Positions 39,901 to 52,500 of a stretch of 64,000 bases of DNA are shown here, in pieces. This DNA is from Phoronis australis (taxonomy: Eukaryota; Animalia; Phoronida). The notes under the pieces were generated by a model, which did not search any database, had not been told where the DNA came from, and saw only the letters and a list, made by a program, of their open reading frames with translations. The stretch covers positions 303,863-367,862 of the forward strand of contig NMRA01000227.1 of the NCBI GenBank assembly GCA_002633005.1, in the 5' to 3' direction. A program made the position numbers and the translations under genes. Every line of letters starts with the position of its first letter. The first letter of the stretch is position 1.

Positions 39901-42900
39901 GGAAAGGTGGAAGACCGGTCCATGTGCTCACAGCAAGTGAAATACGATATTTCTTGAAACTGACTTCGTACTGTACAAAGTAATTTTAGCCAAGATTATT
40001 TTATAAATAATAACTTTGAAAACACAGATAAACTAAAAATGGTTGTCCTTTTTAGCTAGATTGATCATACACGTATAGTCTATTAGGAGCAGCCATGAGG
40101 TTTCCAGCTGCAAAGGCTTTTTCCGTATTTTGGTCCAGCCATATGATTTAGCAGTACAGCACAGCGGTTCTCGGGGTGGGCACTGGCAAGACAATGAGTA
40201 TATGCCCACCCCTTGAAAACTGTTCTAGTCCACGCACGAGGCAGAATCGTGATACGCACATTGACTTGTGCACGACTGGTGCACGTGCTATAGTCTTGGG
40301 TGTTCTCATTTTCATTTGTCAAGCGTAACAATGTGGCGCTTTTTAGAGGGAGTCAGTCCTTTCTCTAAAGCAAACTGTGGCGGAAAAAAAGAAAAAAATA
40401 TCACACAGATTATGAGGAAAACAAGAGAAGGCGAGATTTTGAATCTGATAGGCAGAAAGGGCGGGCCTGGCTTCAAGACACAGAAGATGGCGTGCAATTT
40501 TAATTAAAATGTAGTTACTGTGTTGGATAACGTATCATCTTGCGTAGCCAGCCAGCTAGTTGTCGGAAGACTGTTGTCAAAATACAATTAGGTACCACTG
40601 TGTTGAGGTCCGACAGTCCTCGAAATTGCACACAGCCCGGGTAGTTCTGGTCGTCAGCTAGCCATGAAACTCGTCATTTTCTTGGGTCATTCTCATTCTC
40701 CGCTATTTGTAACAAAGAAGACTATGTCGTCGGTTTGAAAACAGTACACTCGAGACATGCGCATGTGCCATTTCCTTAAAAGGGAACTGTATTTTATTCT
40801 AAATAAATTTTGGATAGTTTGCTATGAGTTGTTCATTAATTTCACAAATAATTCAACATCAAAAAGTAAACTTATATTCTCTAACGAAGCTCAAAAAAAT
40901 TACCCGCTTGGATCGCTGGTTCTCGTGACATATTTGGAAGCCGCAAAGTCACTGTCCTGTGTTAACGTGCAGTCAAGTGTCTTTCTTCATATTGTCAGAA
41001 TAAGAAATTTTAGCGTGAAATGTCGGGTCACCAGGGATACTGTACATGTTTGAGCCGAGGCAACACAAAGTGATACCCAGTCGTTGTCATTGTTAGACGA
41101 AAATTTGCCGGTGCAACCAGTCCGTATCAACAATTTACACTAGTGTGACTGTACCATGGGCAACCAGCTGCCAGCCATCCAGTCAGCCAGCTGCCAGTCA
41201 ATACTCAGTTCTGTAAACTTGAAGGGTTAGTTGGTTACCGACTGTAGCTGTATGAAGACTATCGTACCACTGTGTGTTGAGCTCCGATCTAGACCCCGAA
41301 ATTTCACCCAGCCCGTTGACTACCCGGGTATAGTTGACTTATGCTCGTCACCTCGTCATAAAGCTTAGGCTATAAACATGTAAAGCTAACAGACCCGCGG
41401 GGCTGCATGCAAAATATTGTAGTTAACTTGACACTCACCTTGTTAGTTGTAGCCGTTTAAGTGGAAAGCAATCAAATAAACGTCATTTTCTAGCATAATT
41501 CGCTACCTTTTGTAACAAAGAAGTGTGTCATCCGTTTCACAAACAGAGCGCTCGTGACACGGCGCATGCGCCATTTCCTAAAATTTTGAGACGTTGTGCA
41601 AAAATTCCGTTGGCTGGTATAAAAATACTAAAAACTTGTAACAAAATGAAACAAGTTTCGTTAATTTGTTGTGACATTTACGCAACCTAGGTGTCGGCAG
41701 TGAAGAACACTTGATAAAAGAATCGGGAGGAAAAGAAACCGTTAAAGGTCAGGTGACATAATCGCAAAAAGCCGACTCAAGAGAATGCATCACAACTTAA
41801 ATAGCAGCAGTAGCCAATTAACAATCGCTAGCTCTCCAACACAGGTACAGGTAGATTTACTCAAGGATGAGAGTAGTTTTAATGACACTAATTTTGAGTC
41901 ACATTTTACTTGTCCATTTTTTATCCATATCGGCACAAACCTATAGCCTTATACTTAGTATACAGCTTTTGGCTAAGGCTTGGGTAACCCGGTGATGGTA
42001 TGTGATGACCATCCCCTTAGAAGACACCTTCTACAAAGAGTTCCAACAACCAGGAGCCATACAAAAAGGCCTGTCGAACCTTTTACAGCAGTGTAGCAAA
42101 CAGTGTTACCACAGACTGCCATGTTATGTTATTCTGACTTACGTGTATGAATACGCTTGCTTCCCGCCTTGTAATTAGACATGTTACTGTATCGTTCTTG
42201 CGCCAGATGTCACTCTCTGACTACTTATTCTCATGCCGCCTTTTATGAATGTCATTCCACAAACATTTATGGTGGAGAAACGTCCAATGTACATAGTTAT
42301 TCCATGGAATTTTGGTTGGACTTGGGGCGATATCGGCGCAAGTACTCGTGTTTCTTGATATAAAGCAGTTTATTTGCTTTCGTTAATTTTCCATGTTCTG
42401 TCAGTGTATTTAACGTTTTGAACGCTTGCTAATATGTATGCCCTTTGTCCGTCGTCATTTTCTTGGGCGTTGTCCGGAGAATTAAATTGTTATATACATG
42501 GCATAGCATTATGTAACGTGTAAACTTGAACACAGTTTTTGTTATATTTCAGTTTACCTACTACTACTTATTCTACTGACAAATAAAGAGTAAAGCCCCC
42601 CCCCGAGCCTGTTTTGTTTTGCTCCAACAAACAGTAAAAAATAAGAACNTTATTCTGACTTACGTGTATGAATACGCTTGCTTCCCGCCTTGTAATTAGA
42701 CATGTTACTGTATAGTTCTTGCGCCAGATGTCACTCTCTGACTACTTATTCTCATGCCGCCTTTTATGAATGTCATTCCACAAACATTTATGGTGGAGAA
42801 ACGTCCAATGTACATAGTTATTCCATGGAATTTTGGTTGGACTTGGGGCGATATCGGCGTAAGTACTCGTGTTTCTTGATATAAAGCAGTTTATTTGCTT

Positions 42901-45900
42901 TCGTTAATTTTCCATGTTCTGTCAGTGTATTTAACGTTTTGAACGCTTGCTAATATGTATGCCCTTTGTCCGTCGTCATTTTCTTGGGCGTTGTCCGGAG
43001 AATTGAATTGTTATATACATGGCATAGCATTATGTAACGTGTAAACTTGAACACAGTTTTTGTTATATTTCAGTTTACCTACTACTACTTATTCTACTGA
43101 CAAATAAAGAGTAAAGCCCCCCCCCGAGCCTGTTTTGTTTTGCTCCAACAAACAGTAAAAAATAAGAACGGCTGATACAATGATAAAATATGATGTAAAC
43201 TCTTCACAATATGGCACAGCAATATTATGTGATAAGCAGTCGAAGCCCCACCAGCCATGTCACTGACATATCAGCCAATCAGCTATCGCTGTCAGGATCT
43301 GTCTTTTGACAATAACCATGAATGAGCTTTTGTTTAGTGCGCAACTCGGGCAAATGTGAGATTTATTTGTATGTTAGAACCGTTTAATTGCTGCATTATT
43401 TTTTACTACAGCGACTTGTAAGTTTTATAACATCTCCGGCGGGAGAAGATGACAGCAAAATTTGTTCTATAGTTTGGTTTGCTAAGTATTAAACTTATGA
43501 TGAAGTGAAACCACTTGCTATAATTTGTTGTGACGTGTACGCAACCTCGTGAAAGAAAGACAGCTGATTGAAGAATCGGTGAACAAAGAAACTGGCAAAT
43601 GGGTGATGCAATATTTCATGGCACCGAACACCGACGCACGATAGTGGCGCAATTTTAGCAGCAGAAAAATGGTAGAACACCAATTATTCCAACAAAAGTA
43701 AATAATTTTAAAAGTGTACTGAAGGAAGAGTGTAGTTTTTAATGACATTAATTTTTTGTCAGATTTTATCAGGTCAGTCTTTTTAATTACCCACATCGGC
43801 GCATAGCTGTAATTAGAATATAGCTTTGCGCCAAGGCTACGTCTTGCGTTGCTGGGAATTCATCGATGTCAAAAGTTTCTTGGTTGGAATTCTGCACTTT
43901 CTAAAACCAATACAAGCCCTAACAGATGGTGACATCAACGCACGAAATGATCGTTTCTATCAGGGCTTGGAATAACCAATGACAAAAAACGCGGAAACTT
44001 TTACGGCCCAAATCATGCGCACTACCCAGCCTTGAAATGGTCGATGTGAACCTTTCCCCGACAAAAATCGGGAGGACTAAAAAAAAAAAAACGTTACCAC
44101 CATCAGTAGCATGCGTCTGCGTCCTTTTAGCTCGTCCGTCCACTCCCAATCCACACATTTTTTGGCTGCAGAGCCGTAGTATTTGTCGCCGCGGTTTACA
44201 ATAACACGAACCGTCATTGAAAATCCCACCACGCTATCCCAGATGCCCCAGCAATGTTGACAATTTACGTTCCTCCGAAACACAAAGAGCAACTTCCGCT
44301 TTTCGAGGTGAACGTTGTCTGCAACGCCGCGGCAAGAAAGGAATTTGCCGCGGAAATTTTATATTAAATCCGATTTTTTTACGCGGAAATATAATAAAAT
44401 GCGCGGACAGAACATTTGAAAAAAGCGGAAATCCGCGTTTCCGCGGAAAATTCCAAGCCCTGTTCTATTGACATTGGCAGCAAGTTTGTGGTGATCGATG
44501 CAAAATGAATAGTGCGACTGAATTTTGGGCTGGGCGAGTACATTTTCTGGCTCACTTGCCCAGCTGGCGAGAGGGGATTTCAAACCTGGGTATATCCCTG
44601 CAATGGGAAGGTGTCGTCATCTCACAGCTACTACTGGGTTGCAGGCCTTCATGCAGCGTATGTCCTGGGCATCAATTTGGACGCCCTAGCATTAATCTGG
44701 ACACTCTGGCAAGGAGCCCAATGTATCATTTGGACACCCACTGTCAACCAGAATTTCTCCCCTTTGGACACCCACATTGTAAAGATTACTAGGACTCCCA
44801 GTTAANNNNNNNNNNNNNNNNNNNNNNNNNNNNNNNNNNNNNNNNNNNNNNNNNNNNNNNNNNNNNNNNNNNNNNNNNNNNNNNNNNNNNNNNNNNNNNN
44901 NNNNNNNNNNNNNNNNNNNNNNNNNNNNNNNNNNNNNNNNNNNNNNNNNNNNNNNNNNNNNNNNNNNNNNNNNNNNNNNNNNNNNNNNNNNNNNNNNNNN
45001 NNNNNNNNNNNNNNNNNNNNNNNNNNNNNNNNNNNNNNNNNNNNNNNNNNNNNNNNNNNNNNNNNNNNNNNNNNNNNNNNNNNNNNNNNNNNNNNNNNNN
45101 NNNNNNNNNNNNNNNNNNNNNNNNNNNNNNNNNNNNNNNNNNNNNNNNNNNNNNNNNNNNNNNNNNNNNNNNNNNNNNNNNNNNNNNNNNNNNNNNNNNN
45201 NNNNNNNNNNNNNNNNNNNNNNNNNNNNNNNNNNNNNNNNNNNNNNNNNNNNNNNNNNNNNNNNNNNNNNNNNNNNNNNNNNNNNNNNNNNNNNNNNNNN
45301 NNNNNNNNNNNNNNNNNNNNNNNNNNNNNNNNNNNNNNNNNNNNNNNNNNNNNNNNNNNNNNNNNNNNNNNNNNNNNNNNNNNNNNNNNNNNNNNNNNNN
45401 NNNNNNNNNNNNNNNNNNNNNNNNNNNNNNNNNNNNNNNNNNNNNNNNNNNNNNNNNNNNNNNNNNNNNNNNNNNNNNNNNNNNNNNNNNNNNNNNNNNN
45501 NNNNNNNNNNNNNNNNNNNNNNNNNNNNNNNNNNNNNNNNNNNNNNNNNNNNNNNNNNNNNNNNNNNNNNNNNNNNNNNNNNNNNNNNNNNNNNNNNNNN
45601 NNNNNNNNNNNNNNNNNNNNNNNNNNNNNNNNNNNNNNNNNNNNNNNNNNNNNNNNNNNNNNNNNNNNNNNNNNNNNNNNNNNCGATTTTGGGAACTGAA
45701 ATAGGGACTGCTCGAAGAAAAAGTTTGATAATGGGAGTATTTGTTCGAGTTGGAAGGAATTAAACACATCGACAACCTCCTCAGGTGTTCCTCTATGCGC
45801 AAAAGGTATTTATAACAACGTGACTTTGATGGTTTAGTCGGTGCGAGGCATAATTCGCCGAAAAGCTTCCGGCGTACAGAGCGCCTATAGCCTCTGCATC

Positions 45901-46136
45901 GCCTCTGGCTCGGGCCAACAGAGGCGATGGTCATTGCCTAGAGCCGCAGCCACGTTATTTGACTTGTCCCACTGTTGCTTACTATGTGGGCTGCAATTGG
46001 GTGGGTAAGCGTTATCTGCAAAACAGAAAATCACAACACAACCGCACTCTGAGAGACAATATCCAAAAGACAGTCAGAAGACAGCAAAGTAACTTACAGG
46101 CAAGTCGGAATTAAAGCCGAAAAAAGTATCTGACAT
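21990..46136 (-). CDS. PATL1: Pat1/PATL1 mRNA decapping activator, about 731 aa. Exons 46136-46098, 38408-38303, 37866-37781, 37128-37033, 36857-36786, 35725-35609, 33917-33726, 33110-33032, 32205-32094, 31788-31687, 31451-31229, 30673-30547, 30248-30088, 29594-29527, 27227-27077, 26513-26439, 25926-25804, 23877-23786, 22164-21990
   Basis: N-terminal [32 protein letters not shown]; a Pro/Met-rich region; [33 protein letters not shown]; FEGSLGKL; C-terminal RKGLRLIGR and LQNKFGVS. The 19 exons sum to 2196 nt in frame. Confidence 0.93.
23130..23723. mobile_element. Non-autonomous piggyBac-like element
   Basis: TTAA|CCCTTATCCTGC ... GCAGGATAAGGG|TTAA: perfect 12-bp TIRs and a TTAA target duplication. 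Confidence 0.88.
24410..24590. repeat. Degenerate palindromic element
   Basis: TGTAGCCTCAAATTT...TTATCT...ACTTCA versus TGAAGT...AGATAA...AAATTTGAAGCTACA. Confidence 0.5.
25310..25707 (+). mobile_element. hAT-like MITE with 6-bp TSD (AATACT) and an internal deletion of about 100 bp
   Basis: TIRs CAGGGCTTGGAAT / ATTCCAAGCCCTG, with AATACT on both flanks. Confidence 0.9.
26113..26329. repeat. 43-bp minisatellite, 5 copies
   Basis: ATTAGATTAACTGTAAACAATGACTAGACCATCAACTTACGGC units. Confidence 0.92.
27537..29110 (+). mobile_element. Non-autonomous PIF/Harbinger-like composite element, about 1.6 kb
   Basis: TIRs GGGCTGTTCCAGCAAAAAATGTATGGGAGGGG ... CCCCTCCCATACGGATTTTGCTGGAAC, with internal degenerate repeats. 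A second copy lies at 14042-15750. Confidence 0.7.
29578..29747. repeat. Tandem repeat of about 35 bp spanning the PATL1 exon 14 acceptor
   Basis: AGCAAAGTATCGTATATCTGAAGTAGG... units. Confidence 0.88.
30449..30592. repeat. 75-bp tandem duplication spanning the PATL1 exon 12 donor
   Basis: GACCTGGCTTTCCTATTCTTACCTGGTGTGTATGATCTAGTCTCCACTTTAGCCATAGCAGG occurs twice. Confidence 0.95.
32422..32943. repeat. 11-bp repeat (32422-32499) and 78-bp minisatellite, 5 copies (32548-32943)
   Basis: GACTACACTGT units, then AAAAGTATGAAAGAAACATTCACAAAACAC...CCCATCT units. Confidence 0.92.
34333..34482. repeat. Minisatellite of about 28 bp, 5 copies
   Basis: TTTTATTAGTCAGCCCTGGCGCTTCCCCA units. Confidence 0.9.
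35235..35457. repeat. Minisatellite of about 38 bp, 6 copies
   Basis: GCACTGACAAAGGAGATACATCTAGGACAGAACAATCC units. Confidence 0.92.
39641..39896 (-). mobile_element. Helentron/DINE-1-like non-autonomous element fragment (runs into the gap)
   Basis: Inverted homolog of 58367-58810, with a T-rich start and a GTCC/GCGTCCG-type microsatellite. Confidence 0.65.
42129..43169. repeat. 521-bp direct duplication joined at a single N (probable allelic contig overlap)
   Basis: 42129-42648 versus 42650-43169 differ at about 3 positions seen by eye. The N at 42649 sits exactly at the junction. Confidence 0.85.
43961..44462 (+). mobile_element. hAT-like MITE with 6-bp TSD (TTCTAT), 502 bp
   Basis: Same TIRs, with TTCTAT on both flanks. 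Confidence 0.9.
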
Positions 46137-46578
46137 GACAGCGAATCTCTACTTCGCCTTTCCTTTCACATTGCCGAGTCTCGCTTACTCTCAACCCCTA
46201 GTTCATGATTAGTTGAAACTTTATAAGTAACCAAGTGATAAATACGAAAAATTAAGAAATTTAGATTTTATAGTTGTTACAATGAACATAAATTAAACAT
46301 GTGTATATAGATTTTAAGTGAAAAAAATGAATTTTTAAGAACTTCTTTGAGACTAATAATTTTGTTGATAACGAGGCAAGAGTTTTGCGGCGGTGGGGAA
46401 CGGAAATTGCCGAGAACAAATACTTGAATTTTTAGATTGCTAATTTCAGAAAGTGGGCATTGCTGTTTAACAGTTTTAGTTTGATTAATGTTAAGTACAT
46501 CTAATTCACTTATGTTACTGTGCTAAGCAGGATATCGTTGTCGATCGAAGCTCGGAAATTTGATTTGAAACAATCGCA
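46137..46578. promoter_or_regulatory. Putative bidirectional promoter between PATL1 and DEAF1
   Basis: Divergent ATGs are about 440 bp apart, with CpG-containing segments flanking an AT-rich core. Confidence 0.65.
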
Positions 46579-49500
46579 ATGTCCGACGTTGCCATTTCCG
46601 AAGATATCACGAATGGGGACGAAGATTCTGCTTTTACCGAGGACCAACGATTGCAGGAGTCGGAGACTGAGGACGTTGATGGCGTTGCTGTTCATGCTCA
46701 CGCTGTGCAGAGATTAGAGGGAGGCGAGCGATTAACAATTGCAACCAATCAAAGTCTTGGAGAACAAATTTATGTTGCAACATCGCATGGTCTTTATCCC
46801 GCTGAGCAAATCACTGACGCAAGTGGTCTGAAAACCACACACATTGTCATTCATGATAACACTCTGGACCCTCTCAAAACGCCAACAACACCATTGCCAC
46901 CACCTACACCATCAACCCCGCACAGCAGAGAGAGGGGTATCAAGTACCATTGGGCTGATGGAGTTAGTGATCCAGTGCTACCAATTCGTTGTAAAGCATC
47001 AAATGGTGAACTGCATAAGAGTAAATTTGGCTCAGGTACAACTGCATGGGTCGGGTTTTTTGATTTTATTTATTGGTACTTCTGATTTTTCCATTATTAG
47101 CCAGCATGTAATGATTTCATACTAATCAAAATGAGTTCTCATTAGCAGTCATTCAGTTCTGAACAAAATCGGCTATTATCACAATCAAGGTCCATATTTG
47201 AGAACTGAGTGTGTTACAGTCTAAAGTAATTTTTTTGGTCACTTACCTAATGCCAACTGATGTCAAGTGCAAAGAGTTATTTAGTTGTGGGCAAATTAAA
47301 AAAAGAATCATCAAAATCGAACAATGCTTGAGAAATTTATGCATGTTTTGTCTATGAATTTTATGCATTTTTAGTGTTACGAGTGGCCATTTTAATAATT
47401 ATATATAATTTTCAACTGTCAACAGTAGAAAAGAAATTTATTTTATTAAGTAAGCAATTGCTTTGATATGACTGGAAATAACTTGAGTCACTTTCAGAAT
47501 CACTTAGATGAAGTTGTCCTTAATCATTGAGAAATGGTAGGGTTCATCATAAAACAGGCACTCGTTATGAAATTTGTAAATTCTGTGTTTCTAACCCTCA
47601 CCTACTATAAAGAAGATTAAAAACTATAGTTCACACTCTGTAGTAAAGAGAACTGCAGAATATGTTAGCCTAGGCAACACAGCAAATTAATCAATATCTA
47701 AACAAACCAAAAGTTTGGATATTGCATGACTGACTGCGTTCTGTTATATTGAAAATGGGTCAAAAGGCTAACAAGTTGAACACTGGGTCTAGCATTGCTT
47801 TAACTATTTTGACCAAGTGGTGAATGTGTTGAAAACTAGGCAAATATCACCAATAAAGTTACTTGTCATTTTCTTCTTGTAAGAATCGTTGCAAGAGAAG
47901 GAAGTTCTCATTATATTGTATTAAGACATGTAATGTATCATTGTAACAACTTGATCAGCACGGTAATAACTTTTCTTACTTTAGTATGTGATACTTCTTC
48001 AACTTCATCAGGTTGAGTTTTCCACCAGTTAATGTTTTGACTCGACTCACTGATCACGAGTATGTTTTAAATTTTAACAGGGGGCCGTGGACGGTGCATC
48101 CTCTCAGATGACAAGTGGTACACACCCAATGAATTTGAACATTTTTGTGGTCGAGCGAGCAGCAAAGATTGGAAGCGCAGCATCCGATATGGTGGCCGCC
48201 CTCTGGTGTGCTTGATTGAAGATGGTTATCTTCAGCCCCATGCTGCATCCTGTACCTGTGCTGCTTGTTGTGATGATGAGAGTGTTGTAAGTGTAGTGTG
48301 CACCATAGGCTGCACTGACAGGGTTGAGAAACAATGCAGTGACTGAACTCTGGACTGTAGTTATGGCTGCAGTATCTGATCTTTGAATGTAGACTTCATT
48401 AGCCTGATAGCTAGTTATGTTTGACTGAACATCAAATCACGGCTAGGAATTGATGTAACAGCATAGTAATGGAATAGTTTCAATTTTTACCACTAGTATT
48501 TGAGTTACAGTACAAGTCAAATGACGGCTGGGCGGAAACGGAATTCATCTTCGGAATAATCTTCTCTCATGATCGAGAATGAAGAAGAATTGACTGGAAT
48601 GTTTAGTGAGGTGGTTAAGCCATTCTGCAAGTAAAATTTGGCTGCCCTAGCAGTTGTTGCCAATTACTTTTTGCTGCTTACAGAATTAGCCGTTATGCTG
48701 GAAAACTGTGTTTACTTCAAGAAGAGTGTATTTTTCATGACATTAATTTTCATATCATAGTTCATTCAGACATACTTTTACCTAGGGGTCTGTTTCGTGA
48801 AAAGTGACTTACAGGGATACTAACCCCTGTTTTGATGATTTAAGTCAATCCTCGTTCTGTCACCTATTAATTCACTATTGGCTTCAATATTGAACGACAA
48901 AAGCAGGAATCAGCTAAAAACTCGTACTCCCCATGTCGGAGATTGGATATTATGGTTTTTGGTAGGCCGTCTTTCCCTACAGTTGCCGTGTAAGTCGCTA
49001 AAAGCGCAGGTCACGCTTGCCCATTTAGCAGACTTCGGAAAGAGTTTTCAAAATGTCCTCCAAAGTTTTGAGAGTTGTTAGGGGTTACAGTGCATTATTT
49101 TGTTTCAGAGAATTGGATAGATATGTTTCTCTAACCTATACATGTTATGGTTTCTCTAATGTAAATATATGCCATATATAGCCATTTACCATTTATATAG
49201 TGAAACCACAATGAAATACAAATTGGTGGTAGATGGCGGTAGCGCAGTTAATGGACAGATTTTTGCATTCTTGTATGGATGTAATGGAGGGGGATTTTTC
49301 TCAGCATTTATTAATTCTTTACTGCCATCTTGTCGTCAAATGCCAAAGTTGAATGTTGGGATATTCAATGAATCGTTAAAAAATACCCGTTTCAAAATGT
49401 CTGCAAATAAAAATTTTTGTTTTGTTACAGTCCATTTTGATTTAGAATAAGAAATAGGGTCAAGTGATAGGCGCTTTTGTACGCTTACAATGCTAAAGAG

Positions 49501-52500
49501 TTGTACTAGAATGTTTCCTGTAATTACCTGAGATTGAAATTGTGTAGTTGTTTGACAATGCACATTGCGCTACCTGTTGCTCTTCAACTGAGTGTTTGAC
49601 TATGTATGTTGCACCACCTGTTGGTTTTCAAGTGAGTGATGTCACATATGCTGGGTAAATGTGACTGAACATTGCAATGCGTCTTCAGGCCACACTTGTG
49701 TTGACTTTTGTGACTGGTGGAAACAGGGTCCAATGTAGGTCATCATTTTGGAGACTCAAACTTTTTGTTTTAGGAAGTTTTATATAACTGGATGTTACAA
49801 AGATTTAGTTGAGCATTCGGTGAAGCGAGAAAACTTATGTAGTAAATAAAATACTCTGAAGATCAACAATATTGTGCTGGACCTAAATGAATAACAGCTT
49901 TGGTGTTGTGATAGTTTTTTAAATATAGCCTCCATGTTCTTTAAACCTATATTACACCTTGCTTGATTGGCTAAAAACTAATATTGAATCGGGTCTTTTA
50001 ATCTCATGAAATTGGTCTCATAATATTCTTCATCAACAACAATACCAAAACAGCTACTCAACCCTTTTGGATTAAAAAATTTTAGTATGGCTGCATTGCC
50101 TGTGATTTGAGTTACCAGCTCATTCGGCAACAATTCAAGATCGGGATAACGTGATAATGTTTTTAAACTCCAAAGGACTTTGGTTAACAATTCAACATTG
50201 TCAGCTAAACGCAGGTGAGATGCAGCTTTAACCATCACCAGATTCAATACTGTTTTCATTTCATTTTCAACGTTTATGAAATATCACTGTTTGCAAATGT
50301 TTTGGCAGACTGGTCCTGTGAGACTGTTCACTCCTTACAAACGGAGAAAGCGTGAAGACAGTGACACGTCCAATGGCTTCATGAAGAAGCGTGCCAAATC
50401 ATCCTCCTCATCTCTGGCAAGTAAAGAAGGTAAGACTCTTTACCTTTAGGTGGTATGTTACTGGAGCTCCTTTTGTGAAAGCAATTTTAAACATGTTGCC
50501 ATCACCGTCCGAAGTGCAGTGAAGGTAGTAAAATCAATTTGATGAGAATGTGTAGTAACCATTCCACTTATTGGTGATGACTAAGAACACTGACCTAGCC
50601 TATAGAGAACAAAAGGTCATTGTGGAGTGTGGCATTTTACTCTTGCTGCAAGTTTGAGAATGTGGGTACCAGTTTTGGTCATTAAGAAAAAACTGTCAAG
50701 ACTGAGTTTGACACAATGGCTGCTGTTTTGAGATTTGCTAGACAGTATTAACCTGGATTTCACAATTCCGGTCTGGAAATTCATGGCAGTCGATGTAATT
50801 GTCTGTGGACCTGGCTTTTGACCAATTTTCGACTTGGGAAATGTAAACTACCGTATTCGCCGTAATAACCACCCATGCCCCTATAAGCGCCTCCCCCCAC
50901 GCGTTTTCAGACTTTGCTGAAATAAGCGCCCAGTCCATGAACGCGTACATGCGAACAATGACGTACCTGCAGTCCTAAAACTTGGCTACAGTAACGTCTT
51001 CAATTTATCAAAAAAATTTTTGCACGGGTCTTCTAGACCACCAGTGGCACTGCTACGTTTGTATTTAGCCATGACTTTACACTTCAAAGTAACACAGCGC
51101 TTCAAAAAGAACGCAACAGGGTTGCTACGCTCTCGCGACGACCGTGTCCCACTATGGTCTGACCTTTCAGTAGACACATCAACTGTCCTATGAATAAAAA
51201 TGACTCGGCGGTAAATGCACGTGGCCAGGAAGTTCACGCTACATCCATGAACCTGTCATCAAAGACATTAGTCGGGAACTATCCATTCATGAAACGGGCA
51301 GCATAGCATCGATAAGAAATGAATATTGGCACTAATTTCCGACAATTTCTAATACCGTATTCGCCGTAATAACCGCCCATGCCCCTATAAGCGTCCCCCC
51401 ACGCGTTTTCAGACTTTGCTGAAATAAGCGCCCAGTGCATGAACGTGTACGTGCGAACAATGACGTACCTAGAGTCCTAAAACTCGGCTACAATAACATC
51501 TTCAATTTATCAAAAAATTTTTGCACGGGTCTTCTAGACCACCAAAGGCACTGCTACGTTTGTATTTAGCCGTGACTATACACTTCAAAGTAACGCAGCG
51601 CTTCAAAAAGAACGCAAATGAACTCTTGTGACTCGCACGCGCTTGCTTACTCGCAGACGAACTTCAAAACAAACGTCACGTGACAACAACATGTGTGTTC
51701 GTCCAGACATTTTTCTCGCCGTGTTGCCGATCATACATGTAGATGGCACGATCTTGCACAGATTTGTACTTAAACCTGCCGTTAATCCAGACTCCACGGA
51801 AACTAAAAAAATCTCAGAGATCTGATTTCACTCGTTTCGGAGACCGGGTTTCAACCGCCTTGGGTTATAATAAGCGCCCCCCCCCCTGAACCGAACTTTT
51901 CTAAGTGCCCTGCGCAGTTATTACGGCAAATACGGTACTTGCTGTATTGAAATTGTACAAATCTGCAAGATTTTAGAATGTCATGTTTTAGATGTTGTGT
52001 TGAAAGTGTGGTAATTATGTGTAAATGGTGCAATTTACATAAGGTGTCTCATGGTTTCATTCATGCCAGACATTTTTTTCAGGAAGTGACATGTGCAATA
52101 ACTGTATGTTGGTGTTCTAGCTCTTGTCCATGTATCATTACAGTGGACACTGGCTGAATTATCATTACGGTGGACACTGGCTGACTTTATTTTAACCAAG
52201 TTTTAACAAACAGTTATGCAATCATTTAAAAAAGATAATCTTTCTGCTTTGTATATAGTTGGTGTAAAAAACTTTAAGGAAAATATAGTGGAAAATTTGT
52301 GATTCTGGGGTGCCGATTCAATTAATTTGAGATGAAAGTATAGTGTTACTTTTAGATTGAAATTGGTGTGTTTGTGGAGCGCATTATGTTTTTGCCAGTT
52401 ATTCATTAGAATGTTTAGTGGGAATGCATTTGTAATCATGGTTTTGTAATTTAATTTGGTTGAACTTTGTGAGATATCTCAGCTGACATGTTTTTCTTAC

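Noticed and set aside
42129-43169. 521-bp tandem duplication with twin 60-aa ORFs as a duplicated gene
   Set aside because: The junction is exactly at an N and the copies differ by only about 3 substitutions, typical of unmerged allelic contig ends. The ORF has no recognisable features.
43496-43568. C/D box snoRNA (ATGATGA...CTGA)
   Set aside because: There is no terminal stem or recognisable rRNA guide, and the boxes are not kept in the paralogous block at about 41640.
44789-45934. Long 381-aa and 321-aa ORFs
   Set aside because: They are artefacts of reading through the N-gap.
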